Source: Eledone cirrhosa (Eukaryota). Taken from it: a stretch of DNA of 64,000 nt. Of the stretch, positions 26,931-40,671 are shown piece after piece; the stretch's first letter is position 1; the number at the start of each line of letters is the position of its first letter. The stretch spans positions 84,816,001 through 84,880,000 of the forward strand of contig OZ024742.1 in NCBI GenBank assembly GCA_964016885.1, written 5' to 3'. The translations under genes and the position numbers were made by a program. Under the pieces are notes generated by a model, which was not told where the DNA came from, searched no databases, and saw nothing but the letters and a program-made list of their open reading frames with translations.

Positions 26931-26935
<5 letters not shown>
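26768..26935 (+). mobile_element. Short fold-back PLE pseudo-LTR remnant with hammerhead
   Basis: 26768-26800 is the reverse complement of 26827-26860. A related copy in the opposite orientation lies at 28710-28830. Confidence 0.7.
26807..26853 (+). ncRNA. Type I hammerhead motif
   Basis: tttc-CTGATGA-tttcctccgaat-GAAA-CAG-ttctagtc-CTG-TA-gaag. The copy at 28783-28829 (-) has a perfect cttc/gaag stem I but a CGGATGA core. Confidence 0.75.
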
Positions 26936-26986
<51 letters not shown>

Positions 26987-28103
26987 GAGGTTATATTTAA
27001 TTTGTTGGGAATCAACAAGCTTAAACATTTTTATAACTGATATAAAGTACTCAACAAAGTAGTGGAGTAAATATACAATATATTAATAAATGGAAACTAT
27101 ACTTATAAAACCATAATTATTTTATTATATATATTTCAAGGGCGACCAAGGTAAATTATGGTGCGCTTTCATCAAATAAAATACAGATTTGTTTTATAAA
27201 TAAATATTGAGAAACCCGGAAAAAAGACAATCTCAACGGTTGAAATTCGCTGGATAATGGAGATAATTGAGGATGATACAAAGTTGTGAGTGAGTATGCA
27301 AATGAGTGTCAGAAAAATTGAAAAACCAACGGTTTATTTAAATTAAACTGTTGGAAGAAAATAGATGTCAAAAGGAGAGAGACACAATAGATGTAAAAGG
27401 GAGAAAGACAAAAAATTGAGAGGGGGAGAGATAGCGAGAAAATATATATTGAAAGGGGGGGGAGAAAGAGATAGAAGAAAAAAGAGAAGAGATATAATAT
27501 TGAGAGAGAGTGAAGGAAAGAACAAATATTGAGATGGAGAGAGAAATATATACATTCTCATTTGTGACCAAGTCAAATCTGTAGATGTTGGTGTATAGCC
27601 TAATACAACAATAAGTGGGATATGCTCACAGTTGTTTATTATCAAGCAGTCCCTATTGGAGCCGTCATATGGCACGTAGAAAACAGGGTGAATAGTTTGG
27701 GAATTTATTTTTTATTTTTCAGATATATCATTTCTCTAGTGAGCATTTTATTCTGCAGATTGTCATGCAGTGATTTATTATGTTCTTTGTTCCAACACTA
27801 CCTGAAAATATTGATTGATTTCCTAGGACAAACTCTGGTATATTTAACGTAACTAGGCTCCGGTTGTGGGATCAGGTGTGAAGAGAAAGAGATTCTCGGT
27901 CTGATTATACACTATAATCACTGATAATGTAGTCAGCTAGAATGTCTGGAAATAATGAGCTTATTGATGCTACTACACATCCTGCACATATTTACAATAA
28001 TATTTCACGCACATACACACATACAAACAAACACTCATTCACACATACACACACACATACACGCACATTCACACAAACACATACACATACACATATATAC
28101 GTA

Positions 28104-28644
<541 letters not shown>

Positions 28645-29294
28645 CCTTTTTATTATTCAACAATGCTTCAAGCAAACTTTAATACTCTCTTATATATATA
28701 TATATATAAGTTTATCTCGGGTTCAATAGGGGGTAACCACAATAAGTAAGCTACTCAATACATAGAGTGTAAACATAAATGACTTCTACAGGACTAGAAC
28801 TGTTTCATTCGGGAGAAATCATCCGGAAGCCCTGATTATTTCTCCTGTATGAAACAATTAAATAGATTTTTCCGGGCCGTATAATATAATTGAATATAAA
28901 ATTGAGATAAACACAGATATGTGTTCAAAACGAACCTGATACCTTACGCGAATCTGGTCCCTTACGATTTCCTAAGTGCTCTTCCTCAAAACTAAAACTT
29001 TTTTTTCTTAAATTACCATTTTACCACATCCCATCAATATATTTATATTTGTTTTCCTCTCTGAGTCAATTTAACAATATATATATATATATAGTATAGT
29101 GTTGTTGTTGTTGTTGTTGTTGGTCATAGTGGTGGTTGTGTTCATGTTGTTAGTGGGGCAGCGGTGGGGTGATTGTAGAGAAAGAACATTCTTTGGTTTT
29201 ATCGTTAAGTTTTGTTTTAGTCTACATAGTACAATATATTGGCTTGCTTGGTTACTTACTCTTACAGGCATGGGGACTGTGTTGGATAATCTCA

Positions 29295-29568
29295 CAGAGA
29301 GTTACGTGTAGTAGAAGCACTTAGGTAGGTAAACAAGAGTGTTAGGTTGGTTGATCTGGTGGCAAATTCTTTATATGATTGTTATAGTCTGTGTGTGGAG
29401 AAATGATATAAGCATTAAAAATAGTGCAAGCATTAAAAATATTTTTAATGCTTATATCATTTCTCCACACACAGACTATAACAATCATATAAAGAATTTG
29501 CCACCAGATCAACCAACCTAACACTCTTGTTTACCTACCTAAGTGCTTCTACTACACGTAACTCTCTG
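29295..29568. repeat. Near-perfect palindrome with ~129 bp arms
   Basis: cagagagttacgtgtag...aagcattaaaaata / tatttttaatgctt...ctacacgtaactctctg, with a ~16 nt spacer. Confidence 0.93.
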
Positions 29569-29812
29569 CCACACTACATAAACAAGACGCACGTGCTTGC
29601 CACACATATAACATTTGCACTATATAACCGCTTATTTTCATGTTGTATTTTAACCTGTATTTTTGATTGTATCTTTTAATATGAATGTAATCTCTAAGTG
29701 TGTACTGCCAATCTAAATGCTGTAATGAATGTTGACCCACAATATTTGCATATGTATCTGTATGTCTCTTGGGTGAAAAGGAGGTCATATAAGTGTTCAT
29801 TCATTAATAAAT

Positions 29813-29859
29813 TGCTCCGAAGAATCCAAACCTCGGTTTGGAGGAAACAGTTGTAAGCA
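29813..29859 (+). ncRNA. Hammerhead motif with CCGAAGA core
   Basis: tgct-CCGAAGA-atccaaacctcggtttggag-GAAA-CAGTTG-TA-agca. A second copy lies at 49208-49256. Confidence 0.7.
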
Positions 29860-29894
29860 CAAAAATGCTTTGAACAGTTCTTTGATTCTTATAC

Positions 29895-29930
<36 letters not shown>

Positions 29931-29946
29931 GTGAAAGATTGAAGAA

Positions 29947-31091
29947 TAACATGGTCGGCTGTAGAAAAAGGGTTTTATTTCAAGTATTAACAATTGTTTC
30001 ATTGATCAGATGAATCTAAAGGCCGCTAATCACTCGATGTTGCGTCACTCGACCTTAAATACAGTGTTTACCTCTGATCAATCATCGGAATACCAGAGCT
30101 TTTACATATGGCATCGGTATATATAGAGGTAGAACGGAGAATTAAAATAATAACATCAATAATAAAAGACAATGATAAAGAGGTAAAGATAGAGTGAAGA
30201 CAGTACAGATGTAAGAAATAAGTAAAATAATAATTGTTTCTACTTTTGGCACAAGGCCAGCAATTATCCACAGCATTACTGGTACTTTGTTTTATAGACC
30301 CCGTAAGGATGAAAGGCAAAGTTAACCTCGGCGGGATTTGAACTCAGAATGGCAAGGGCCGTAACTCTATACGTCAAAGCATGGCATCCGACCCTCTACC
30401 GATACTGCCAATCCACCGCCGTTCTGATAATAGTGGTGGTAGTGAGTAAGTGTATGTGTAAAATTCATACTAACATGAAAGGCAACATCAAATACATACA
30501 TATATACGTGGTGGTCAAATCCCAGAGGGTTAGAGTAGAAAATAAAAATAGTAACAAATGACAGATAAATGATAAAACATAATAAATTAAAAATGAAGTG
30601 AGAGGGGAAGAGATACGTTGATGAGACATAAGGGGTAGGGCTAAGGATGGGGAAGTAGTAGAGAGGTAGATAGAGCATTATAATGAGATGGAGAGACTTG
30701 ATATATGTGTGTGTGGTAAATGTCTCGCGTGCAGATTGTCTTATCTTAATGGGGTTGATGAGGCTTTAGGGAGAGAGACTGAAAGAAAGGTTAGGAGATT
30801 TATGATATTGATCTAGTGACGAGTCGGTCAGTTGACAGCTAACAACAGTGGGGTGGTATGTAGTTAGTATATTAAAATCCGGGTGGTTCAGTTCGAATTT
30901 TGGGATTGTGGATCGAACCATGCTGGTTTGAAATTTGCGAATTTGCTAGCTGTTTTGTGCCTACTGAAAATTGATCGTTCTATTTTGCTATTAAGCAGCA
31001 CCTTATCATACTTTAAGATATGGAACAGCTCCATATTGCAAAGACGGCAGTGGGACATTCCGTTGTTGTAGGCCCTTGCTCCCGATAATTT
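29947..31091 (-). mobile_element. Second copy of the 17243-18510 PLE 3' end, interrupted by a SINE
   Basis: Colinear similarity with 17243-18178. Its HHR at 29983-30094 reads ggtatt-CCGATGA-ttgatcaga...tctgatcaat-GAAA-CAATTG-TT-aatact. Confidence 0.88.
30228..30420 (-). mobile_element. Full-length tRNA-derived SINE inserted in the PLE 3' UTR
   Basis: Complete reverse-complement SINE, absent from the paralogous PLE copy at ~17515-17535. Confidence 0.9.
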
Positions 31092-31394
31092 CCTGATAAT
31101 TTCGACCAGCTAATCCCATGTATATATATATATATAGAGAGAGAGAGAGTGAATAAAAATAATCAGGATTAAATTACATTAAATTATTTCTTAATTGGTT
31201 TACGAACGTTTCATTCAATAATATAGGAGAAAATACATTTCTATGTATGCAGTTCTTCAAAATTTATTAAATAACATAAATAACATAATTATTTCGTTGT
31301 GGACTATATAATCATATTTGAGTTTTGAATTATTCTTTGCCTTTATGTTGTTGTGTTACCGAATGTTTGTGAGTCCCAGGTTCAATGGGGAGTA

Positions 31395-31640
31395 ACCACA
31401 GTAATTATGGTGCTCTTGGAATGATAAAAAAGCTCACAGATAATACATAACCCAAACCCGAAGACTTACAAACATTTACATCATACAAAAGATTGTATTA
31501 TTAGGCACTGTAGACATAATAGGAAAAGTGCTATCAATGCAATAGAAACAACAACAGCAAAATTTAAACTGATCATACCCAAGGCGCACAGAGCTGTGCT
31601 CGGTAAAGCAATAAGTGAGACCACATAATATCTAGGAATA
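31395..31640 (+). mobile_element. 3' end of a second R4/Dong-type LINE family (decayed)
   Basis: GALGMIKK...IQKIVLLGTVDIIGKVLSMQ* resembles the RLE C-terminus seen at 35040-35189. Confidence 0.55.
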
Positions 31641-31954
31641 TAACTCAAATATTTAATTTTATGTTAAAAATGTTATATTAAAAAAAGAAAATGTCTTACG
31701 TGGAAGAAAACCCCTCTGCGTCTACTAACTACAACAGCCAAATAATGGCAATAACACCGCCGACACCACCACCAATAATAATAACAATTATTATTGTATC
31801 TCTAAACTCTCAAAATGTTTAGTTCAAATATTAAGGAGCTATGTCAACTTTTATATTAAAAACAGCACAAAAAATAATGATAGATAGATATCACATAGAT
31901 TGCCCCGAAACTTATCTTTTTAATTTTTTACTTTATATTTTTTTTTCGTTTTCA

Positions 31955-34900
31955 ACGTGATGTCACGCTAGAAAAACACGAGTGGTGATGTAACCATACA
32001 TTCACTAATTCTCGATAAGAGTGTTTAAATGTCGAATCGAAACAGTTCGAAGAACGGTGAAAAGGAAACTGGAACGTCATGTGGAAGACTCTCACCCAGC
32101 AAGTGCTCCCTGGCCAAACAGCAGGGGCCTGGCTCTCATCCAAATACTACGGGTGTTGGAGGAAGAAGAAAAAATGGGACAAGAACCAACTGGATAAAAG
32201 AATTGAATAGAACTGTCATGAAATGTTATCTGAAGATTAAACCCATGGAAACAGGCTATAGGAAACGGATGTATAACATCTGGAACGAGATTGGTCTATT
32301 TAAATTAGGTGAACAAAAATTGGCCGGTCAGGCTCGTGTAATAAGTCTTAATGGATGGATAAGCGAGTTGGAACTGAAGGAAATGAGCAGAGAGATTGAG
32401 TTGGAAATGGAGAGTGGAGTATATCAGGCAAATGAGTCAGTGGGAAATGAAGGTGAAGAGGTGAGAGACCAGAGGAAGCTACCGAAGCAGACACAGATCT
32501 GAATGCTGAAATAAATAACATCTGGAACAAAGATACGGCCATTGAGGAAATGAATGCTGACGCAAGATCTTGTTGATATTATGAACTTAATGGTAACTGA
32601 CATGAACAATGATAGTGGAAACCTCTGAACCTAAGATTTGTAGACAGAACCTAGATTGAAGAAACGACTGAATGGTCAAATCAAGGAAATGAGAAAAGAC
32701 ATTGGAAAGTGTGAGTCTTTGCTGAATGGGACATTATGAAATATAGACACTAAAGATAGATTGAAAATAAAATACAAAACTAAGGGAAATGAGCTAAATG
32801 TTATCATAGAGGAACTGAAGCAACGCATTGTAGCAAAAAGTGCAAATATTAGGGGTATTAGTTAGTCAGTATAGACAGAACCATATGTTTGACAACAACC
32901 AGAAGATGTTGTTTGAACAGCTTGAAGGGAAAAAAAGAGGTAACGATGTGATCCCTGACGCTGAACAGACTAAGACATTCTGGAGAGGAATATCGGAGCA
33001 GGATGTTGAACATTATTGTCAGGCAGTGTGGATTAAGACAGTTCAGGAGGAGATTAGTGAACAAGCACACTAACAACCTGATTTGAGTATCACAGCTAAA
33101 ACTCTTAAACAACTAACCAACTGGAAATCACCAGGCCCAGATTGTGTTCAAGGATATTGGTTAAAAAATATGACATCCTTCCACCCAAAACTGACAGCCA
33201 TGTTCAATGACTGCTTGATGTCGGGTGAAGTACCAAAGTGGCTGACAAAAGGTACCATAGTTCTGGTAATGAAAGACCGAATCAAGGGTAATGAGGTTAC
33301 CAACTATAGGCCTATCACATGTCTGTCCGTAATGTGGAAACTGTTAACAAGCATTGTGTCTGAGGAAATTTACTATCACCTCCACATAAACAACTTGTTA
33401 CCGGACGAATAGAAAGGATGCCGAAAGGGTTCCCGTGGTACAAAAGACCAGTTACTTATTGATAAGACGGTAATGAGGAATTACAAGAGGAGGCATACTG
33501 GTCTTGCCGTGGGATGGATAGATTAGAAAAAGGCATTCGACATGGTACCTCATTCTAGGATAACCAAAAGCCTAGAAATCTTCAAGGGGGCAGACAACAT
33601 CAGACAGCTATTAAGTAAAAGTATAAAGTCCTGAGAAACAGAGCTAACATCAGGTGGAGAATCCTTGGGAGGCGTGGAGATCAAGTGAGTTATCTTCCAG
33701 GGAGATAGTTTGTCCCCTTTGTTGTTTGTCCCTCATACCCCCTCTCCCACATATTACGAAAAAGAGAGCAGGATACAAGCTGGGAATAGGAGAGCTTACC
33801 ATCAACCAAGAGTGAAAAGGAGTTGGATGTACTTGTTGACACTGTCCGTATTTTCGGCAATGATATATGTATGGAATTTGGTGTTAATAAGTGTGGAGTC
33901 GTAGTGATGAAGAATTGAGCAGAAGCAACGGAATCCAGGTACCAACAGGTGAGATGATAAAGGAAATTGATACTGAAGAGGGATACACAAATTTAGGTGT
34001 TCTGGAGGCAGGTGACCTCAAGACCCAAAAAATGAAGGAATTGATAAGATCTGAATACATAAAGAGAGTAAGGAACATACTAAAATCACATCTAAATAGT
34101 AGGAATGTATTACGTGCAGTAAATACCCGAGCTGTGTCTATTACTAGGTACAGTGGCAGAATTCTGAAATGGAATGTAACTGAACAAAAAGAAATGGATA
34201 GGAAGACTATCTACAACGTGTTCCACGAGAAGAATGATGTTGATATAATCTACTTCTGAAGGTGGAAGAGGTCTTATCAGCTTAGAGGAATTTGTTCATA
34301 TGGAGAAGAACATTCTGCACAAATATATGTCTGACAGTAGGGAGCCAATGCTCAAAGTTGTACTGAAAGAGAAGACAATAGACCAAGGGATGCCCAAGGA
34401 AGAAATAACAGCAGGGAAGTAGAGACCCCCTCATGAAAAATCCCTCCATAGCACCTTCTTTGCGAAAACAGAATTCAGAGATCCACAGACATGGAACTGG
34501 TTAAAACGAGGAGACCTTAAACAAGCTACAGAAGGAATGCTAATGGCTGCACAAGAGCTAGCTCTAAAAACGAAGTGGATGAAATACCATATTGACAAGG
34601 AGGAGGCTAGCTCACTGTGTAGAATCTGTGGAGACAGAGAAGAGACTGTGGCTCACATTGTATCTGAGTGTAAACACCTAGCCCAGACTCACTATAAAGG
34701 CTGGAGACATGATATGATAGGAAAGGCGATTCACTGGCATTTATGCAAACTAAACAATTTACCACATTCTGAGAAGTCGTATGAACATAAGCCAGAGTCG
34801 GTGATAGAAAACAATCAAGTAAAGGTGCTATGGGATTTTAGGATACAGACGGACAAGAAATTAGAACTCAACAGGCCTGACCTGGTGGTTTTTGACAAGG

Positions 34901-35280
34901 AAAAAAGATCATTCCTGATGTAGATGTAGCCTGCCCATTTGTCACGAGAGTGCAAGGAAAGGAGAGGGAGAAAATTAATCGATACCAGGATTTAAATTGG
35001 GAGTTAAAAAGGATTTGGAACTACCATGAAATCAAGGTAGTCCCAATTGTCATAGGAGCACTGGGTACTACCTCAAGGAGTTTCCAAGGATGGTTAAAGA
35101 AGATTAGCCCAGCCCCGTTTTCCGGAACACTTCAAAAGGCTTGCTTGCTGTGCACAGCAAGAGCCCTCCGATACGTCCTGAATGTCTGAGGCTGCAGGTA
35201 GCGGCTTGATATTCATTTCAACAAACTTTCCAGTTAAATGACATCAATGACTGAAACTCAAAGAACAATAATAATAATAA
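31955..35280 (+). mobile_element. Decayed R4/Dong-type non-LTR retrotransposon (RT + CCHC + restriction-like endonuclease)
   Basis: N-terminal WIKELN..VMKCY...GYRKRM...EQKLAGQAR. RT motifs [25 protein letters not shown] and IFQGDSLSPLLF. CRICG..EETVAHIVSEC, RHD, WDF.IQTD...RPDLVV, EKINRYQDL and VVPIVIGALG follow. There are many stops and frameshifts and an (AAT)n tail. Confidence 0.88.
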
Positions 35281-35461
35281 TTGTTTCTACTTTTGGCAAA
35301 AGGCCAACAATTTATATCAGTGTATTACTCGTACTTTATTTTATCGATCCCGTAAGGATGAAAGGCAAAGTTAACCTCGGCGGGATTTGAACTCAGAATG
35401 GCAAGGGCCCTAACTCTATGCGTCAAAGCATGGCGTCCCACTCTCTACCAATACTGCCAAT
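35276..35461 (-). mobile_element. tRNA-derived SINE
   Basis: Reverse-complement SINE directly abutting the LINE 3' tail. Confidence 0.88.
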
Positions 35462-35462
35462 T

Positions 35463-35640
35463 AATAATAATGGTTTCTTATATAGGCACAAGGCCAGTAA
35501 TTTTGAGGGCGTGGAAAGTCGATTAAATCGACCTCAGTGCGTGACTGGTACTTTATTTATCGACCCCGTAAGAATGAAAGGCAAAGTTAAACTCGGCGGG
35601 ATTTGAACTCAGACCATAACGGGCCGTAACTCTTGCTGCA
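35463..35640 (-). mobile_element. tRNA-derived SINE, different subfamily, 5'-truncated
   Basis: Same core, plus an extra 'aattttgagggcgtggaaagtcgattaaatcgacc' segment. Confidence 0.8.
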
Positions 35641-36657
35641 AATAATAATAATGGAATGCGAGTGGTATTGAATATTCTGTGGTAGATATTCTACAATCGA
35701 AACATCTGTGATTTATTATATAAAGCCTAATACGATTCATTATAACATTGAAAGAATTACAAGGCAAGATAGCAGAATAATATTACCTGAAGATATTTGA
35801 CAAGGAACTTAGTTGCTGCACTATTCAACATTATATCTTGTTCCACCACTTATTCTTAGTTATTGTAGAAACATTAAATTTCGCAATACTTTAAAGACAT
35901 GCTTACGTATAAGTATAGTTATTTCACATATAAACAATATAGATATTTCAATAATTGCTTATAGAAACATAAATTCTGTCTTAATCTTGCGAGTTTTCCT
36001 GTGGCATCTGATGTGAAAATCTACAGTTTCATACATCCTTGCTTTGCGGAAAAGGATCGGATGAAGTGCTATCACCTGCAGCATTACATTACAAATAGTG
36101 ATGATGTATCGCAAAATGGATTTCATATAGTCTCATTCTTCCAGTTCACACCATTAAAATTGCGAATGCTATGGTAAGACAATATGAAATAAGATCGTAA
36201 ACGAAGGGATTATTGGTTAAATATGCTGCTTCTAAGATCGAGAAGATGTATATGGGGTGTTAAAATCAAGAGTCACAAATCAGTTATACAGTTAACGAAA
36301 GGATATCGAAAACATTCACTAAAAGTATTAATATTTTAAAACACATATTGCCTAACTATGTTGATTTAGATGACATATCTTGTAATCAAATGTAAAAAAA
36401 ATATTACTAAGGGAGACTACCTGAGTGGTATCCAGGATGCCTATCACCATACAAAAATAGGAGTCGTATATATATATATAAAATTATCTAATATTGTTTG
36501 AAAAAGATGGAATCATATAGGGAAATCTACTAGATCTAACTGGCTTACAATTAGATGACTGTCAACAAGACGAATATACTGATAGAGGCTCTGACCTATC
36601 AGAGAATATTTTCAGATTCACTCTCATGGACTAGTATTTTAAGTAACGAAGATGAAC

Positions 36658-36780
36658 ATGTGAAAGGTAAAAGTAACATCGGCGGGATGTAACGTCAGGT
36701 GTACAGTCAGATCTAAGGGAGCCGGGGCAGATACATTAGACATAATTTGACGCTCTTACTACACTCCCAATTCAGCTAGT
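36658..36780 (-). mobile_element. Old decayed SINE fragment
   Basis: 'tgaaaggtaaaagtaacatcggcgggat' matches the SINE core. Confidence 0.5.
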
Positions 36781-37040
36781 TGAAAATTCATTAAGACGGA
36801 AACAAAAATGCAGTAAACAGATGAATCACAATTATTAACATTTTATCGATCAAGATTTATCGTCATCCAAACATATTGCAGATCCACTAGAACAAAATGC
36901 ACCAAGAACAGTTCTTCCTGTACTCTTCCGCTACATTTTATGATAATATTATTTGCTAAATTCGCTTCCTGTTGACGGTAAATATTATTAGTATATACTT
37001 ATTATTAGTATATAAGGGCGGTGGATATTATTAGTATATA

Positions 37041-37236
37041 AGGGCGGTGGATTGGCAGTATCGGTAGAGGGTCGAACACCATGCTTCGCAGCAAAGAGTT
37101 ACGGCCCTTTATGGTCTGAGTTCAAATCTCGCCGAGGTTGACTTTGCCTTTCATCCTTACGGGGGTCGATAAAATAAAGTACCAGTAATGCACTCGGATA
37201 ATTGCTGGCCTTGCGCCAAATATAGAAACAATTATT
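37041..37236 (+). mobile_element. Full-length tRNA-derived SINE with target-site duplication
   Basis: gggcggtggattggcagtatcgg (A box)...gagttcaaatctc (B box)...core...gaaaca, flanked on both sides by attattagtatata. Confidence 0.92.
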
Positions 37237-40106
37237 AGTATATACTAGTTACATATGGAATTCCATTGACATTCAGTGAAAAACATGAACCCAACCATTA
37301 CATATATTCATGAAAATAAAATACAGAATGATATTTCCTTCTTTCAAAATTATATTTACGATATTGATATATGTATTTATTTGTTTAGTTTATATCTAAT
37401 TTCGTGAACAATAATGCTGCCTGTAACATTTTCCCAGCAACGGCGGTAACTGATTATCAAGATATAGCAGACAAGCCTGACAAATGAAATGGATAGATTA
37501 GTGAATTGGGAAAGTGGTGCGGCATGATATTCCGGAATCAGCTACAGATGTGTGTGTGTAGATGGAATTGGAGACAGCCTATCTATGAGGAGGCTAGACG
37601 TCTAACATCACTGCATGACAAAGAGATAAAGATAGCGATCTTCAGATTGACATGAAGATCGCTATCAGATTGACATGATTTATTTGTAATTTTTTTTTCT
37701 TGAATGATCATTTTATTAACGAGAACTTCATTCGTAGCAGTTTATTGTCAATTCCTGTTCACAAAAGCACTTGGAAGAATATTAGTAAAGTGGCCATATA
37801 CGCCCATGATTAAAATTAGAAAGGATGAATTTAAAAATGTGTTTGTGATTGATAACAAATTTAGATGAACAATTCTATGTGGTATTCAGTTTATTTTAAA
37901 ATATGGACAACCTTATCTGAAGTATCTGCATATCCTGGAAACATCTGTTCATATTCATTATATTCCCAAACCTGCTAATTTTCATATCTTTCAATTTCCA
38001 AATATATTTGGAATATAAAGGCGACGTTCAGCATTTCTGTCACCAGAAAGTTTCTATTGTCGTTCAATTTAATATATAATTAGGATTCAAATCAGTTCCA
38101 AATCACATATTATGACATTAAAATATGCAGACATTGTATAAAATACATCGGTATGGAAAGGACAAGTTCGTCAAGCTAGGAAATAATTCTGTTATAGATA
38201 TATGATTTCAGATCTGACTAGAAGCTAATGAACTCTTAGCGCCCAAACTTCGTGTATATTCCCGTTGGTTGTCACATTTTAAATGAAATTTCTAACGAAA
38301 TATATGACCTCTAAACGAAATTTTCACGTCGTTAAAGTTATATGCGAACTTCTGCGTTACTCTATATCCTATATCATCATTTAAAATTAAAAACAATAAT
38401 CATTATACGATTGATAACTCAAATGCAGCTCTGAAATTTACCGAAATACATACGACCAAGTAACAAATTCTAAATCAGAAATGATATATGCGCCGACGAA
38501 GGAGATTCTACAAACATCTCACCATTTTCAGAAGTACAGCTGAAATCTTCCTCAAATCGTTGGTATTGTTTTAATCGTGATACATGAGGCAATTTAGTTT
38601 CAAAAGGATTGTACGTAACAAGTTTGTTCACGCTCAAAATATCATATCATAGAGGAACACCAGTACCACCACCAGTATCAAAAATATGACAGCAGACACA
38701 CAGAAAGAAAATAATAATTTGCCTTATGTATGTGTATGATGTTACACAATTGCTGATAAATTCGAGAAATTTGGACACCATATGGGGATGGTACACGAGT
38801 TATGTAAGTGGATACCTATTTTACACAGCTATAATCCATTTGCCTCTGTCTTAAGGAAAAACATTGAAGTCGATCGATGAACAACGTAATTGTTTTATAG
38901 GCAAGTACAGATGAAAATATCTAGTGACTTTTTGGGGAGTAAATGTATATACATTTACTCACCTGTCTGATATTCAAATCATTAAATATCTTCCTATAAA
39001 TTTACTTACTTGCATATCATTTCAAGATACGGTTAGAGGAATTTCTGCACTTATATAGAGAAACTGCGCCATATTTAGACATGTTCTGATTCTCTGCATT
39101 TTAGTTATCCATCAATTTTTAATAATTATATATTTTTTGTTTCCCCGAAGCAAGAAAAGAATTCTGAGGAATTACTTTTCGTTTCCTTGTACCTACTTTC
39201 GTTTTGTTTGAGATGCGCTGTTATACACCGATTATATATTTCTTTTTCTTACTAAAAATGGAATTTTAAATAATAGAATGTTTTGGCTACTCCCATTGTA
39301 CATCACCGCTAAAATTATTTACGGTAAACATAACGTTTTTCAGAACTTTTTGGTCCAAACCCAAATGTCCTGAAGAACTTTATGATATGGCACTGTGGTG
39401 CTTAAGTTAAGATAAAATATTTGTTTTGCAGACTAAACATAGAACCAACCAAATACATATAAATTCCGCTATTACTTGAAGCGGAAATATAGAAAGGTAA
39501 CAAAGTATAAACAAATATTGTTACGTGAAAAATATTTGTAAAATATAAATGTAACTGAACAAATACAATCAAATATTATCAAGTAACGTGCGCTTCAATG
39601 CTCAGCAGATCACACACAGATCAGATTAGTCAACTAGAAATATCTATATTTTATTTCTTATTGAGTATTGGCAAATTTTTTGAAAGCTTACTTTAGCGTA
39701 ACCAGAATTAATCTTGGATTAACTAGACGTTTATCGATGTCGCTAAAGCAGATGTAAATAGTGCATTGCAAAAGTTGGCTGAAAAATACTCAAGACTTAC
39801 GTTTGGCACCTAGAATAAAATATAGTAGAATAAAGAAAACGCTGTATATTTTAGGCACTTAAACAGTGTCTGAAACCATTTGTAGAATCATTGGAAATTT
39901 AATGTAGGAGAACATTTTTGAAATTTACTCAATTACCTTTTATTATTTCTTCTCTGTTTTAGTGAGTTTTGGGAAGAAATCAATTATAAGATTCTTTGAG
40001 TGCTTTGGAAGTGTTCTCTTTAATCTCGAAAAGCTTGGGTTAATAACAACATAACAAAAAACAAAATAAAACAAATTGTATACACACACATAGACACACA
40101 CGCTCA

Positions 40107-40173
<67 letters not shown>

Positions 40174-40634
40174 CAACACGCACATATATATAAAGAAACT
40201 TCAAAAAACAATAGTTTCGTAATTATTTTATTTTCATTTCATTTCATTTCATATTTAACATTATGCATGTATGTATGCATATGCACGTGTATATGTATCT
40301 ATGTATGTAGCAGAAGGTCACCCTGATATAAAACCTGCGACTTCGTTTGCATCCAATGATGTAGACCAATTATACTTTATTGATAAATGCATTCCATATT
40401 CAGAGAGTAGTATTGGTTGCGTTCAAAATACTTCCATGACTTAAAAAAGCTTCAAGCACAGGCATTGCTTGATATGTGACATTTTTTTCAATGAATGCCA
40501 TGGCTAAAAGGGCGTAAATGCTTAAATATCAAGGGATGGCATTCCACGGAATCCTGTTGCAGTCATGATGTATTTATATATGTATGCACTCACATTTCTA
40601 TGTATGTTATGTATGTATATATGTATGCATGCGC

Positions 40635-40671
<37 letters not shown>

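Noticed and set aside
37041-37140. tRNA gene suggested by A and B boxes
   Set aside because: The boxes belong to the SINE head. No full cloverleaf is evident and the SINE core follows directly.
38955-39000. Possible 31 nt minus-strand micro-exon (ag|GAAGATATT...GACAG|gtgagt)
   Set aside because: The donor is good but the acceptor is weak, with no partner exons or recognisable peptide. It cannot be supported without RNA-seq.
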